From NCBI GenBank assembly GCA_905193415.1, contig CAJJOP010000011.1, positions 1,877 through 65,876 of the forward strand: a DNA stretch of 64,000 bases, written 5' to 3'. The notes beneath the pieces were generated by a model, which saw nothing but the letters and a program-made list of their open reading frames with translations, was not told the origin of the DNA and ran no database searches. Positions 49,339 through 59,160 of this stretch are shown one piece after another (position 1 is the first letter of the stretch; each line of letters opens with the position of its first letter). The position numbers and the translations under genes are program-made. The stretch comes from an uncultured Roseburia sp. Its GTDB lineage: Bacteria; Bacillota; Clostridia; Lachnospirales; Lachnospiraceae.

Positions 49339-49687
49339 GACATATTCTCCTTTTATCGAAACAATTCCCTGAAATTTTTATAATCCCGACTTTTCATTCC
49401 GTTATTCTGCTGATACGGCATCCTCGTTTCGAGAAAATTATCTTTTCTGTTTTCTTCTGATGCAAAAGGAGCCATACACGTCTGCGGTCTCTGCTCCGTT
49501 TCCTTTGTGTATGGCTTCCCTCCGAATCAAAGCAGCCAATCTGTCAGTAAACACTTGCCATCTGTACTGCCCGCTCATTCATTTTTATTGCACGATCAGT
49601 CCTCCAGACTTCCGTTCAGCACACATACGTTACTCTTTCCTGCTGACTTTTTCTGCTCTTTCAAATCCAGGGACTGCTGTCATTTCC

Positions 49688-49945
49688 TTACAGATTCTCT
49701 TTCAGAAAGCTTTCCAGTGCTGCAGCTGCTGCCTCTTCATCTTCGCCCTCTACTTTGATGGCTGCTTCCTCGCCTTTTTTAATACCAAGACTCATAACGC
49801 CGATCGGTTTTTTTGCATTTACAAATTTTCCTGCTTTTCCGATCTGTACATCAGATGCAAATGTTTTTGCAAGTTTTACAAACTCTCCTGCCGGACGTGC
49901 ATGGATTCCCTGGTCATCTGTAATCACATAAGTAAATTCTTTCAT
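49688..49945 (-). CDS. HPr-family phosphocarrier
   Basis: GIHARPA (His15); position 46 is Lys. Confidence 0.9.
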   Translation of the reverse strand: MKEFTYVITDDQGIHARPAGEFVKLAKTFASDVQIGKAGKFVNAKKPIGVMSLGIKKGEEAAIKVEGEDEEAAAAALESFLKENL

Positions 49946-50125
49946 TTTCGTTTCCTCCTGTTTTTTTCGTGTTTAAATGTAATAATATGGATTTCTTCTT
50001 TATGGAAGTGATCCTGCCTTTTATTACAAACCTTTTCTGATTTCGCTGACAGGAACACCTCCGGTATTTTTTATCCTTTTGTTTTTAATCTTTTTCTGAA
50101 ACGCTTGCTGTACTTCTTTGAAACA

Positions 50126-52048
50126 TTAATCAACTGCAACTTTCTTTTTGAAAAGTCCCAGCAATACAGCGCCTACGATAATTCCCACTACTAATGCGAT
50201 CAGATACATCACTGTATGATCTACAACCGGGAATACGAAAATTCCTCCGTGTGGAGCCATCAGAGTACATCCGAATGCCATGGAAAGTGCTCCGGATATT
50301 CCGGAACCGATCACGCAAGCCGGTAATACACGGGTCGGATCAGATGCTGCGTAAGGGATAGCGCCTTCTGTGATGAATGCCAGTCCCATGATAAAGTTGA
50401 CCGGACCGGATTCGCGCTCTGCTTTTGTCCATTTGTTTTTGAACAGCAGTGTGGAAAGTGCAATGGCGCACGGCGGTACCATACCACCAATCATAACGGC
50501 TGCCATAATATCATAGTTTCCTGCCGCAATAGATGCGGTACCAAATACATAAGCTGCTTTGTTGAACGGACCACCCATATCGATGGACATCATTCCGGCG
50601 ACAACAATTCCTAACAATATTTTACTTGTTCCGCCCATGTTGGTCAATCCTGTATTCAAAGCAGTGTTTAAAGCTCCGATCGGCGGTTCGATACAGAACA
50701 TCATGATTAGTCCGATGCCCAATATACCAAGCAATGGATACAGCAATACCGGTGCGATCTTCTCCAGTGCCTCTGGAAGTTTTGCAAATGCTTTTCTTAA
50801 TAAAACGACCAGATAACCTGCGATAAATCCAGCTGCCAGCGCTCCGAGGAATCCGGATTTTCCACTTGCCGCAATCATACCGCCGACAAAACCAACCGCT
50901 AATGCCGGTCTGTCACCTATACTCATGGCAATAAATCCAGCCAGTACCGGGAGCATAAATCCAAATGCTACTCCGCCGATGCTTTTCAGCGTTGCTGCCA
51001 CCGGCGTAATGGAACCAAATGCGCTTTTCGCCTCTGCGGACAGAGAGTTGATATCTACATTAAATCCATCAATCAGAAATGCCAGTGCAATGAGAATACC
51101 ACCGCCAACGACGAACGGAAGCATATGGGAAACACCGTTCATCAGATGCACATACAGCTTATGACCGATTCCGCCGGAACTGTTTTTCTGAGAGGATGCT
51201 GCTGAAGGATTCCCAGCCTGATACACCGGTGCATCTCCGTTCATTGCCCGCTCGATGAGCTGATCTGCTTTACTGATACCGTCTGATACCTGACATTCGA
51301 TGAGCTTTTTCCCGTGGAAACGATCCATCGGAACCTGGGCATCTGCTGCTACGATAATACAGTCTGCTTCCCGGATTTCCTGCTCTGTCAGCACATTTTT
51401 TGCACCACCGGAGCCTCGTGTCTCTACTTTAATGTGACAATGTTTTTCTCTGGCTGCTTTTTCCAGTCCTTCTGCTGCCATATAGGTATGTGCGATTCCG
51501 GTCGGACATGAAGTAACTGCCAGAATCTTGCAGGCATCTGCTGCAACTTGTGTATCTGCCTGCGCCGCAAGCTGATCGTTCAGATCCGGTTTTTCATCAT
51601 CTGCAGCATCTATAATCTTCAAAAATTCATCTACAGTTTCTGCATTTTTCAGATTCTCTACAAAATCTTCATCCATCAGAAGCATGGAAAGCTTGCTTAG
51701 CACATCCAGATGCACATTGTCTTCTGTATTCGGTGCTGCAATCAGAAAGATCAGATTGACCGGCTCGCCATCCAGCGAATCAAACTCAACGCCATCTTTT
51801 ACAACCATCGCTGCCAGTCCCGGTTTCAGGACTGCATCACATTTTCCATGAGGAATGGCAATGCCTTCGCCAATTCCTGTCGTGCTCTCTTCTTCTCTCA
51901 GATACACCTGTTTTCTGTATGCTTCCTCATCACTAATCTTCTCACTTTTTACCATGAGTGCTACAACCTGATCCAATGCTTCGGATTTGGAACTCGGTCT
52001 TCCATCAAGAGAAATGCTTCTCTTATCCAGCAAATCTGTAATTCTCAT
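50126..52048 (-). CDS. fruA: PTS fructose transporter IIABC
   Basis: IAIPHGK (IIA), CPTGIAHTYMA (IIB), NGVSHMLP, DMGGP, ITEGAIP (IIC). Confidence 0.95.
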   Translation of the reverse strand: MRITDLLDKRSISLDGRPSSKSEALDQVVALMVKSEKISDEEAYRKQVYLREEESTTGIGEGIAIPHGKCDAVLKPGLAAMVVKDGVEFDSLDGEPVNLIFLIAAPNTEDNVHLDVLSKLSMLLMDEDFVENLKNAETVDEFLKIIDAADDEKPDLNDQLAAQADTQVAADACKILAVTSCPTGIAHTYMAAEGLEKAAREKHCHIKVETRGSGGAKNVLTEQEIREADCIIVAADAQVPMDRFHGKKLIECQVSDGISKADQLIERAMNGDAPVYQAGNPSAASSQKNSSGGIGHKLYVHLMNGVSHMLPFVVGGGILIALAFLIDGFNVDINSLSAEAKSAFGSITPVAATLKSIGGVAFGFMLPVLAGFIAMSIGDRPALAVGFVGGMIAASGKSGFLGALAAGFIAGYLVVLLRKAFAKLPEALEKIAPVLLYPLLGILGIGLIMMFCIEPPIGALNTALNTGLTNMGGTSKILLGIVVAGMMSIDMGGPFNKAAYVFGTASIAAGNYDIMAAVMIGGMVPPCAIALSTLLFKNKWTKAERESGPVNFIMGLAFITEGAIPYAASDPTRVLPACVIGSGISGALSMAFGCTLMAPHGGIFVFPVVDHTVMYLIALVVGIIVGAVLLGLFKKKVAVD

Positions 52049-52232
52049 CATTTTCCTCTCTTCCACCAGATCTATTCCGGTATTTTATAACTCCCGTTAC
52101 CACGAAACTTCAGTAACAATTTTTATGTGTTTCCGTTTTCTGTCGTAAATCCTTTTTGCTATAATGATAGGTAAAATATCAAAAAATTCCTGTTTAAAAA
52201 TGTCAGGCTCTGATACCCTGTCGGTTTTTCTT

Positions 52233-53141
52233 CTATAAAACCAATGACTTATAGATATCTATAATCTCTTCCTTTGTTGCCAGAAGTTCTGAAAATGCGC
52301 TTGCACTTCCGGCTGAAACTCCCATTTTAAAAGCGTGAAGGTAATCTTTTTTCTCTTCCCAACCACCAATAAATCCGGCTACCATGGAATCTCCGGCGCC
52401 TACGGCATTGATCAGTGTTCCTTTCGGCGCATCCAGCTGATAAAATTCTTTTGTCTCCGTCAAGATCATGGCTCCTTCTCCAGCCATGGAAACCAGAACA
52501 TTTCTCGCCCCCATCTCCTGCAGCTTCTCAGCATAAGGAAGAGCTTCTTCTTTTGACCTGATCTCAGCATGGAAAATATCGCCCAGCTCATGATTGTTCG
52601 GCTTGATCAGGAACGGATGAAACTCCAGTACGTTCAGCAGCAGATCTTTTGTGGCATCTACCACGAATTCAATCCCTCTGCCGGACAGACGCTCCATGAT
52701 ATCTCTGTAAATGGAATCCGGTATGCTGGCTGGTACGCTTCCTGCCAGAACAAGAATATCTCCGGCGTTCAGCTGATCTAACTGCTGCATCAGCTGAGCG
52801 ATCTCTGCTTCTCCAACCGCCGGTCCCTGACCATTGATCTCTGTTCCGTCAAAATCCTTCAACTTCAGGTTGATTCTGGAAAATCCTTCTTCTACCGGAA
52901 TAAAATCACATCCAAATCCAAGTTCCCGGATCTTTCTTCGGATCTCATCCCCGGTAAATCCTGCCATAAATCCAAGTGCTGTACTTGGTATTCCCAGATT
53001 CCACAAAACCGTTGATACGTTGATTCCCTTGCCTCCCGGAAGCATCTGTTCGGAAGCAGTCCGATTCGTCTTCCCCAGTTCAAATCCCGGAACAGATACG
53101 ATGTAGTCCAGTGACGGGTTAAACGTAACCGTATAGATCAT
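52233..53141 (-). CDS. fruK: 1-phosphofructokinase
   Basis: TVTFNPSLD, GGKGINVS, IKPN..EL, GAGDS. Confidence 0.95.
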   Translation of the reverse strand: MIYTVTFNPSLDYIVSVPGFELGKTNRTASEQMLPGGKGINVSTVLWNLGIPSTALGFMAGFTGDEIRRKIRELGFGCDFIPVEEGFSRINLKLKDFDGTEINGQGPAVGEAEIAQLMQQLDQLNAGDILVLAGSVPASIPDSIYRDIMERLSGRGIEFVVDATKDLLLNVLEFHPFLIKPNNHELGDIFHAEIRSKEEALPYAEKLQEMGARNVLVSMAGEGAMILTETKEFYQLDAPKGTLINAVGAGDSMVAGFIGGWEEKKDYLHAFKMGVSAGSASAFSELLATKEEIIDIYKSLVL

Positions 53142-53197
53142 TTGTATTACACCTCCTGCTTGTGTTTGTTTTCTCTCTTTCTTATGCTGTTATTTTA

Positions 53198-53295
53198 CAA
53201 TCATATTCAGTCATTATCAATCGTATTAGTTCACAAATTTTACTTATTTTTTTATACATCTTTCACAATCATTCATTATCAGTCATCTTCATTCA
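53198..53295 (-). promoter_or_regulatory. FruR-type direct-repeat operators
   Basis: TGAnWG-like hexamers at 10-bp period: 53198, 53208, 53218 and 53260, 53270, 53280, 53290. Confidence 0.65.
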
Positions 53296-53700
53296 ATTCA
53301 TTGGCTTTTATTTTCCAAGTTTTATGCATTTTCTTTTTTCGATATCGGTTGAAACTCTGTTATAGTCTGCTCTGTTTTTGTAAAAATATTACTATCTCTC
53401 AGGAAAGCAAGCTTCGCTGATATTTACAATTATTTTCACGTTTAATAACGTGACCAGCAGATGCTTTATATTTATCGTAATATTTACTAACACAGTAAGT
53501 GAACATACTACTTTTATAAAACCAAAAACAGTAATGATCTTATATCCTGTCACAAACGTTTTCTATCCATCTGGGTATATTTGTCGTTCAGGTTATAAGA
53601 TCATCACTGCTGCTGATGTTCTCCATATTCTGTTTTACTTACGCTCTATTTTATATTGTATTACTTTTTTCTGTACTTCTGCTATGTATAATTTGGATTT

Positions 53701-54531
53701 TTATTCTTTTGGAATGAAACTGTCAAATATGAAGATTTGGAAATTTTCCCTTGCACGCTCCAGCTCCGCCTGAGATTTTATCGTCCATGCTGCATTTTCC
53801 ACCTGATACAGTTTCCGACATAAGCGATAGGAAGTCTGGTCACTATACTTGTGATTATAGGCAATAAAATCTGGTTTTGTGAAAAAATTCAATAACAGAT
53901 TTGACATCAAAAAACGAACCAGACAGTTCAATCCTTCATTTTCCTTCATAAAATCTGACGAGAGTTGTCCTCTTATCACTTCTGGCTGATGTCGGTAATA
54001 CCATGCCACCACCAACGGATGAAAAGATTCTATACAGTAGATTCCGTCATAATCCGTCATTCGTGCATTCAAAAGCTCTGTTGTCCGGATACAGTTTCCT
54101 TCCGGTTTTATTTCTACGATAAGCGGTGCTCTGCCATCTATAACAGAAAGCACTTCATCTAACATCGGAATCTTTTGTGACGAATTCGCCAGCGTATACT
54201 GTTGCAGTTCTGCATAACTGCATTCCGTCACTTTCCGGTCAATCCCACACATTCGTTTTAAAGATGCATCATGAAAGACAACCAGTTTCTCATCTGTTGT
54301 CAGCTGTACATCCAGTTCAATGCCATATCCGGCTTCCACAGCCCGTTGGAATGCCGGCAGTGAATTCTCCGGATATTCTGTTTCATTATCAAAAAATCCC
54401 CGATGAGCGATCATTACTTTTTCAAAAGGCTGCATCTGCTCCCTGCGTCTAGTGTTTGGACGCAGAGCCAGCGGATAAGCAACAAACAGGATCGCTGCGA
54501 TCACGATAAGTATAATTAGGATTGCTGTCAT
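53701..54531 (-). CDS. Glycerophosphodiester phosphodiesterase
   Basis: IAHRG, PENSL, IELDV, VFHD, VEIK, ESF; N-terminal TM. Promoter TTGAAA-17-TATAAT at 54679-54707. Confidence 0.9.
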   Translation of the reverse strand: MTAILIILIVIAAILFVAYPLALRPNTRRREQMQPFEKVMIAHRGFFDNETEYPENSLPAFQRAVEAGYGIELDVQLTTDEKLVVFHDASLKRMCGIDRKVTECSYAELQQYTLANSSQKIPMLDEVLSVIDGRAPLIVEIKPEGNCIRTTELLNARMTDYDGIYCIESFHPLVVAWYYRHQPEVIRGQLSSDFMKENEGLNCLVRFLMSNLLLNFFTKPDFIAYNHKYSDQTSYRLCRKLYQVENAAWTIKSQAELERARENFQIFIFDSFIPKE

Positions 54532-54850
54532 CTTTGGTTTCTCCTAAATTCCTTTGTTTATATAATTTTCTAAAATAAAATCAGACATAATTCCTTCTCC
54601 CTGTCAGGATGTATTTGACACTGTGTTCTCCGCAAAAGCGAACCGTCAATCACGTCTATGTGAAGTAGCACCTCTTGCATTATAACAAACACAGGTTCCT
54701 GTTTCAACTAATGCATTTGTTTTTTGAATTGTCAGACTTTAGTGAAAATTTTGCAACTTTATTTTTTTCTTAAAAATAAATTGACATTCTCAATAGATTC
54801 CTGTATAGTACTACTTGTGCTTGAGAGCACAACAAACAAATAACAGATAT

Positions 54851-54923
54851 GCGCGAGTGGCTCAGTTGGTGGAGCACGACCTTGCCAAGGTCGGGGTCGC
54901 GGGTTCGAGTCCCGTCTCGCGCT
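54851..54923 (+). tRNA. tRNA-Gly (GCC)
   Basis: Identical to 42564-42636. Promoter TTGACA-17-TATAGT at 54781-54809; terminator about 54928-54970. Confidence 0.97.
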
Positions 54924-54969
54924 TTCTTTAATAAAAAAGAGATATCCAATCGGATATCTCTTTTTTATT

Positions 54970-55077
54970 AAATCGAACCCCGGCAGGGCTCGAAGTTCGA
55001 GTGTCTCAGAGGACATAAAGCCCTCTTCGGTCCGTGCAAAGCGTTGGTCCACTGGACCAACTGCACCGTCTCGCGCT
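54970..55077 (+). repeat. tRNA-associated structured element (copy 2) ending in a 12-bp copy of the tRNA 3' end
   Basis: CCGTCTCGCGCT occurs at 54912-54923 and 55066-55077; a second terminator follows at 55081-55110. Confidence 0.7.
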
Positions 55078-55163
55078 CTTAAAAAGACATTCAATAGAAT
55101 GTCTTTTTTTACGTTGCAAAAATCGAATCTGCTTGCCTTTTTCTCTCTCCTATGTTATATTAA

Positions 55164-55183
55164 TTATCGACATATGTCGATAA
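55164..55183. promoter_or_regulatory. Perfect 20-bp palindromic operator
   Basis: TTATCGACAT|ATGTCGATAA directly after the promoter TTGCCT-17-TATATT. Confidence 0.7.
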
Positions 55184-55201
55184 CGAAAGTGAGGTATTTC
55201 C

Positions 55202-55942
55202 ATGGCCAGACCTACAAAATGCCGGCGAATCTGCACAGAACCGGCTTATGATCAGTTTTTACCCGGCGGTATCGCATCGGGAGAAACCATTATTCTTACT
55301 CTTGATGAATATGAAGCGATCCGTCTGATCGATCTGGAGAAATGCACACATGCGCAGTGTGCAGAACAAATGGATATTTCCCGCACTACCGTAACAGAGC
55401 TATATGAAACGGCAAGGTATAAGATTGCAGACAGCATCGTAAATGGGAAGCCACTGCAGATTGCCGGTGGCAATTACCGTCTGTGTGACGGTACTGCATC
55501 ATTCTGCTGCCACAGAACATGCACTCCAACTCAGACAACGGATTTCCCTGCTGTTACCCTGCCAGTGAAAGGAGCAAACACAATGAGAATTGCAGTCACT
55601 TATGAAAACGGACAGATCTTCCAGCATTTCGGTCATACACAGCAGTTTAAAGTATATGATATCGAAAACGGACAGATCACAAACACAGAAGTATTAGACA
55701 CAAACGGTCAGGGACACGGCGCCCTTGGTGGATTTCTTAGAAATGCAAATGTAGATGCCCTGATCTGCGGCGGCATCGGCGGCGGTGCACAGACTGCCCT
55801 TGCAGAAGCCGGCATCAAACTTTATGGCGGTGTAACAGGTTCCGCAGATGATGCGGTTGCAGCATTTCTGGCAGACAAACTGGATTACAATCCAAATATT
55901 CAGTGCAGCCACCACGGTGCAGATCACACCTGTCATCACTAA
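55202..55942 (+). CDS. DUF134 HTH fused to a NifB/NifX-family domain
   Basis: MARPTKCRRI, DEYEAIRLID, MDISRTTV; then RIAV, FQHFGH, ICGGIG. Confidence 0.9.
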   Translation: MARPTKCRRICTEPAYDQFLPGGIASGETIILTLDEYEAIRLIDLEKCTHAQCAEQMDISRTTVTELYETARYKIADSIVNGKPLQIAGGNYRLCDGTASFCCHRTCTPTQTTDFPAVTLPVKGANTMRIAVTYENGQIFQHFGHTQQFKVYDIENGQITNTEVLDTNGQGHGALGGFLRNANVDALICGGIGGGAQTALAEAGIKLYGGVTGSADDAVAAFLADKLDYNPNIQCSHHGADHTCHH

Positions 55943-55954
55943 AATTATTTTTAC

Positions 55955-56009
55955 AAAAAGGACAGCAGCAACGACCTCATTTCATTTGATCGTTGCTGCT
56001 GTCCTTTTT
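55955..56009. terminator. Bidirectional terminator
   Basis: AAAAAGGACAGCAGCAACGA...TCGTTGCTGCTGTCCTTTTT. Confidence 0.8.
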
Positions 56010-56036
56010 CTATTTCTCCAGATACGCTCTCTTCTT

Positions 56037-56765
56037 TTACTGAAGGCTCTTCCAAGCTGTCTCAAGAGCAATCTCCATCATCTCGTTAAAGGATTCCTGT
56101 CTCTCCAGAGCTGTCAGTTCCTCTTTACGGAACATATGATCGGAGATAGAAAGGATGCTCAGCGCTTTTTTGTGAGAAGCAGTTGCTTCCAGATACAGAC
56201 CAGCGGTCTCCATCTCTACACACATCATACCCATATCTCTTGCTTTCTGCGGAATCGTAGTCTCTGCATTGTAGAATACATCTGTGGTAAATACATTGCC
56301 TACACGAACACTTGCATTTCTCTCTTTGCAGCTATCTACGGCATCGCTGAGCAGATCATAATCAGCTGTCGGTGCAAGGATTCCGGTAAAACCATACTGT
56401 GCAGCATAGTTTGAGTTGGTAGATGCGCTCATAGCGATAACAACATCACGAACTTTCAGTTCGTCTCTCAGCGCTCCAGCAGAACCTACACGAATAATAG
56501 AGTCCACATCAAAGAAGTTGTATAACTCATGTGCATACAGTGTCATGGACGGAACACCCATTCCGCTTCCCATAACAGAAATCTTTTTACCTTTGTAAGT
56601 ACCGGTATAACCGTACATGTTACGAACTGTGTTAAAAAGTTCCGGATTCTCCAGATAAGTTTCAGCAATATATTTTGCGCGCAGTGGATCTCCCGGCATC
56701 AGAACAACCTTTGCTACTTTGTCTTTGTCAGCTTCAATACAAGCAGATGGTGTTGAAAACATCAT
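56037..56765 (-). CDS. deoD: Purine nucleoside phosphorylase (hexameric type)
   Basis: LMPGDPLRAK, VRNM, GMGVPS, IRVGSAG, VEME, ISDH. Confidence 0.95.
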   Translation of the reverse strand: MMFSTPSACIEADKDKVAKVVLMPGDPLRAKYIAETYLENPELFNTVRNMYGYTGTYKGKKISVMGSGMGVPSMTLYAHELYNFFDVDSIIRVGSAGALRDELKVRDVVIAMSASTNSNYAAQYGFTGILAPTADYDLLSDAVDSCKERNASVRVGNVFTTDVFYNAETTIPQKARDMGMMCVEMETAGLYLEATASHKKALSILSISDHMFRKEELTALERQESFNEMMEIALETAWKSLQ

Positions 56766-57022
56766 TTTTTCTTCCTCCCGTAATCTGTTTCTACCTATTA
56801 TAATGGTGTTTTTTTAATATATCTTTTCAATCTTCTATCCAATTCATCAAATCAGACAGTGGATATTTTGCGGCAGCTTTATTTTTCAAACGTTGTCTGT
56901 CCATATTTTGTCCAAAACTGCCCTCTTTCTTCGTATAAGTATCTGTCTGTCAGATACCGCAAAAGACAGATTAACTATACAGGATGCCCCCTGAAAAGTC
57001 AATCATCAAAACCGCCAACACT

Positions 57023-57895
57023 TTATCTGTTTGGTTTATAATAAAACCGTCCCATCAGACGTTCTGTTTTAATTGCATTGATAAATGCATTCGGATCTGC
57101 TTCTTTTACCGCCTTTCTTACCGTTTTACTCTGAGCGCTGGATACAACTGAATAGACGACCTGGCGTTCCTTATGCTCATAAGGTCCCTCCCCATCCAAT
57201 ATTGTCGCTCCATGATTTGTCGTTTTGGCGATTGCATGATAAACCGCTTCCCCATGATCCGTAACAATAAAAAATGTTTCCTGCTGATATTTTTTATACA
57301 GCATATGCAGCATCTGTGTGGAAGCGAACTGAAAGATAATGGAATACAGAGCTTTGTCCCATCCAAACATAAAACCTGCCACCACAAGGATCACTGCATT
57401 AAATGCAAGAATGAGATTCCATGTATCCATTCCCTTTTTCTCTGACAGGTAAATAGAGATAAAATCCGTACCGCCGCTGGTCGCCCCCACTAAAAGACAC
57501 AGACTGATGGCAAAACCATTCATGATGCCGCCAAAGATACTGATCAGCAGTACATCGGATGTAATAGCGATTCCAGGGATCACATCTGTCAGCACACTGG
57601 TCAGTACAATGCATACACAGGAATACAGCGTAAACTTTTTTCCGATAAAACGGAATCCGATATAGACAGGTATCGCATTCAACACCACATTGATCAATGT
57701 ATATGGCAGGCTTATCCCGGCAAACATCTGTGCTCCTCTCTGTACCAACAGTGACAATCCCGTCACACCACCCGGATACAGATCCCCGGCTCTTACAAAA
57801 GTCTTAATGTTTACCGCCATCAATACAGAAGCCAGACATACTACGATCAACGTCTTCATATCCTGTTTCCACTCAGTTTTTTCATCTGTCTTCAT
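57023..57895 (-). CDS. YitT-family membrane protein
   Basis: PGGVTG, IGKKFT, TSGGTD, HGAT, DPNAFI. Start after AAGGAG. Confidence 0.9.
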   Translation of the reverse strand: MKTDEKTEWKQDMKTLIVVCLASVLMAVNIKTFVRAGDLYPGGVTGLSLLVQRGAQMFAGISLPYTLINVVLNAIPVYIGFRFIGKKFTLYSCVCIVLTSVLTDVIPGIAITSDVLLISIFGGIMNGFAISLCLLVGATSGGTDFISIYLSEKKGMDTWNLILAFNAVILVVAGFMFGWDKALYSIIFQFASTQMLHMLYKKYQQETFFIVTDHGEAVYHAIAKTTNHGATILDGEGPYEHKERQVVYSVVSSAQSKTVRKAVKEADPNAFINAIKTERLMGRFYYKPNR

Positions 57896-58278
57896 AAGCG
57901 CTCTCCTTTTCATAAATATATGCGCCAGATTTTTCATTCATCATTCAGGAAATCGCATATACCAAAGATTTTTGAATGGCATTAACCAAACGTTTCAGAT
58001 ATTTATCTTATTGCTTTTTCATCTACCTGTATTTTAAATCACATCTTCCCTGTTTTTCAATAGTTATACTGTCGCATTTTTCTTTTAACATGTTATTATG
58101 TATTGCATTTTTACAAAATTTTGCATTTTTTCCAATACATCTTTACAGTACTTCATTTAAAACAACATTTTCCATTAAAAATCTATTGGCTGTATGGTAA
58201 ATATATAGTATATACTATATACTGATTTTTATTATAAGAAAATATTATTAATCTATAACTTTTTATTGGGGGAAATCT

Positions 58279-58857
58279 ATGAGGAAAAAACTTTTTTTTA
58301 AATTTCCGGATATAGTGGGAAATTATCATTCGCACTATATCAGGTTCGTCTGTTATCTGTTTGTATTCTGGCTTCTGATAACCGGCTCTCTGCATCTGAA
58401 ATTTCTGATTATCGGCGGAGCAGCCTCTTTTATTGTAGCCTGGATCTGTATGCCCCTTTTTACCATCCCAAACCGTTCCCGGACAAAACATTATTTTATG
58501 CTGGATGTCAGGATCGTTCCTTTGATCGCTTATGTGTTCTGGCTTTTAAAAGAACTAATTCTGTCAAATATGGATGTTGCAAAAACGGTATGGAAAAAGG
58601 AACTGCCGATCAAACCGGAGCTGATCCGTTTTCAGGTTCACTTCGACAATCCGCTGGCCATAGCCATGCTGGCAAATTCTATCACACTGACACCTGGAAC
58701 CGTCACACTGGATTCGGATACTGAAAATGTCTATGTGATTCATGCCCTGACCCCGACTGCCGCAGAAGGCATCCGCCAGGGAGGCATGGTAAAAAAAATA
58801 GCAGCTTTATTTCATGAAAATACGGATTTTCATATCCTGGATCCTAAAGACTGTTAA
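58279..58857 (+). CDS. mnhE: Mrp/Mnh antiporter subunit E
   Basis: SNMDVAK, LANSITLTPGT, IHAL. Confidence 0.9.
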   Translation: MRKKLFFKFPDIVGNYHSHYIRFVCYLFVFWLLITGSLHLKFLIIGGAASFIVAWICMPLFTIPNRSRTKHYFMLDVRIVPLIAYVFWLLKELILSNMDVAKTVWKKELPIKPELIRFQVHFDNPLAIAMLANSITLTPGTVTLDSDTENVYVIHALTPTAAEGIRQGGMVKKIAALFHENTDFHILDPKDC

Positions 58858-58884
58858 TTTCACTTATTTACAGGAGGTTTTATC

Positions 58885-59160
58885 TTGCGCACCCTATATC
58901 TGATCATCCTTGCAGTACAACTGATCTTTATACTGCTCATGATCGTAAAAATGATCAAAGGTCCTTCCGTGTTTGACCGTATGAACGGCTTATCTGTGAT
59001 CAGCGCCAACGTGCTGATCATGATCCTTGTATATGGCTTTCTGGACGGCCGCCCGGAAATGTTTATCGATATCGCCATCGCTTACAGTATTCTGGGATTT
59101 GTAACTAATATCGTTGTAGCAAAATACGTTGGGAGGAAAAAGAATGCTGGAGATTCGTGA
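58885..59160 (+). CDS. mnhF: Mrp/Mnh subunit F
   Basis: KGPSVFDR, IDIAIAYSILGF; TTG start after AGGAGG. Confidence 0.9.
   Translation: MRTLYLIILAVQLIFILLMIVKMIKGPSVFDRMNGLSVISANVLIMILVYGFLDGRPEMFIDIAIAYSILGFVTNIVVAKYVGRKKNAGDS

Noticed and set aside
49339..49687. 349-bp gap between the HPr gene and ptsI as a hidden gene
   Set aside because: Only very short sense ORFs; the longer ORFs are antisense with no recognisable motif.
42637..54850. Integrated genomic island between the tRNA copies
   Set aside because: The repeats are inverted and both tRNAs are complete; no integrase, and the cargo looks host-like.
54759..55094. 111-aa minus-strand ORF
   Set aside because: Antisense translation of tRNA-Gly and its flanks.
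56770..56810. GTTTCTACC and CCGTAA words upstream of deoD, suggesting a purine riboswitch
   Set aside because: They lie on the strand opposite to deoD and in the wrong order; no P1-P3 stems.
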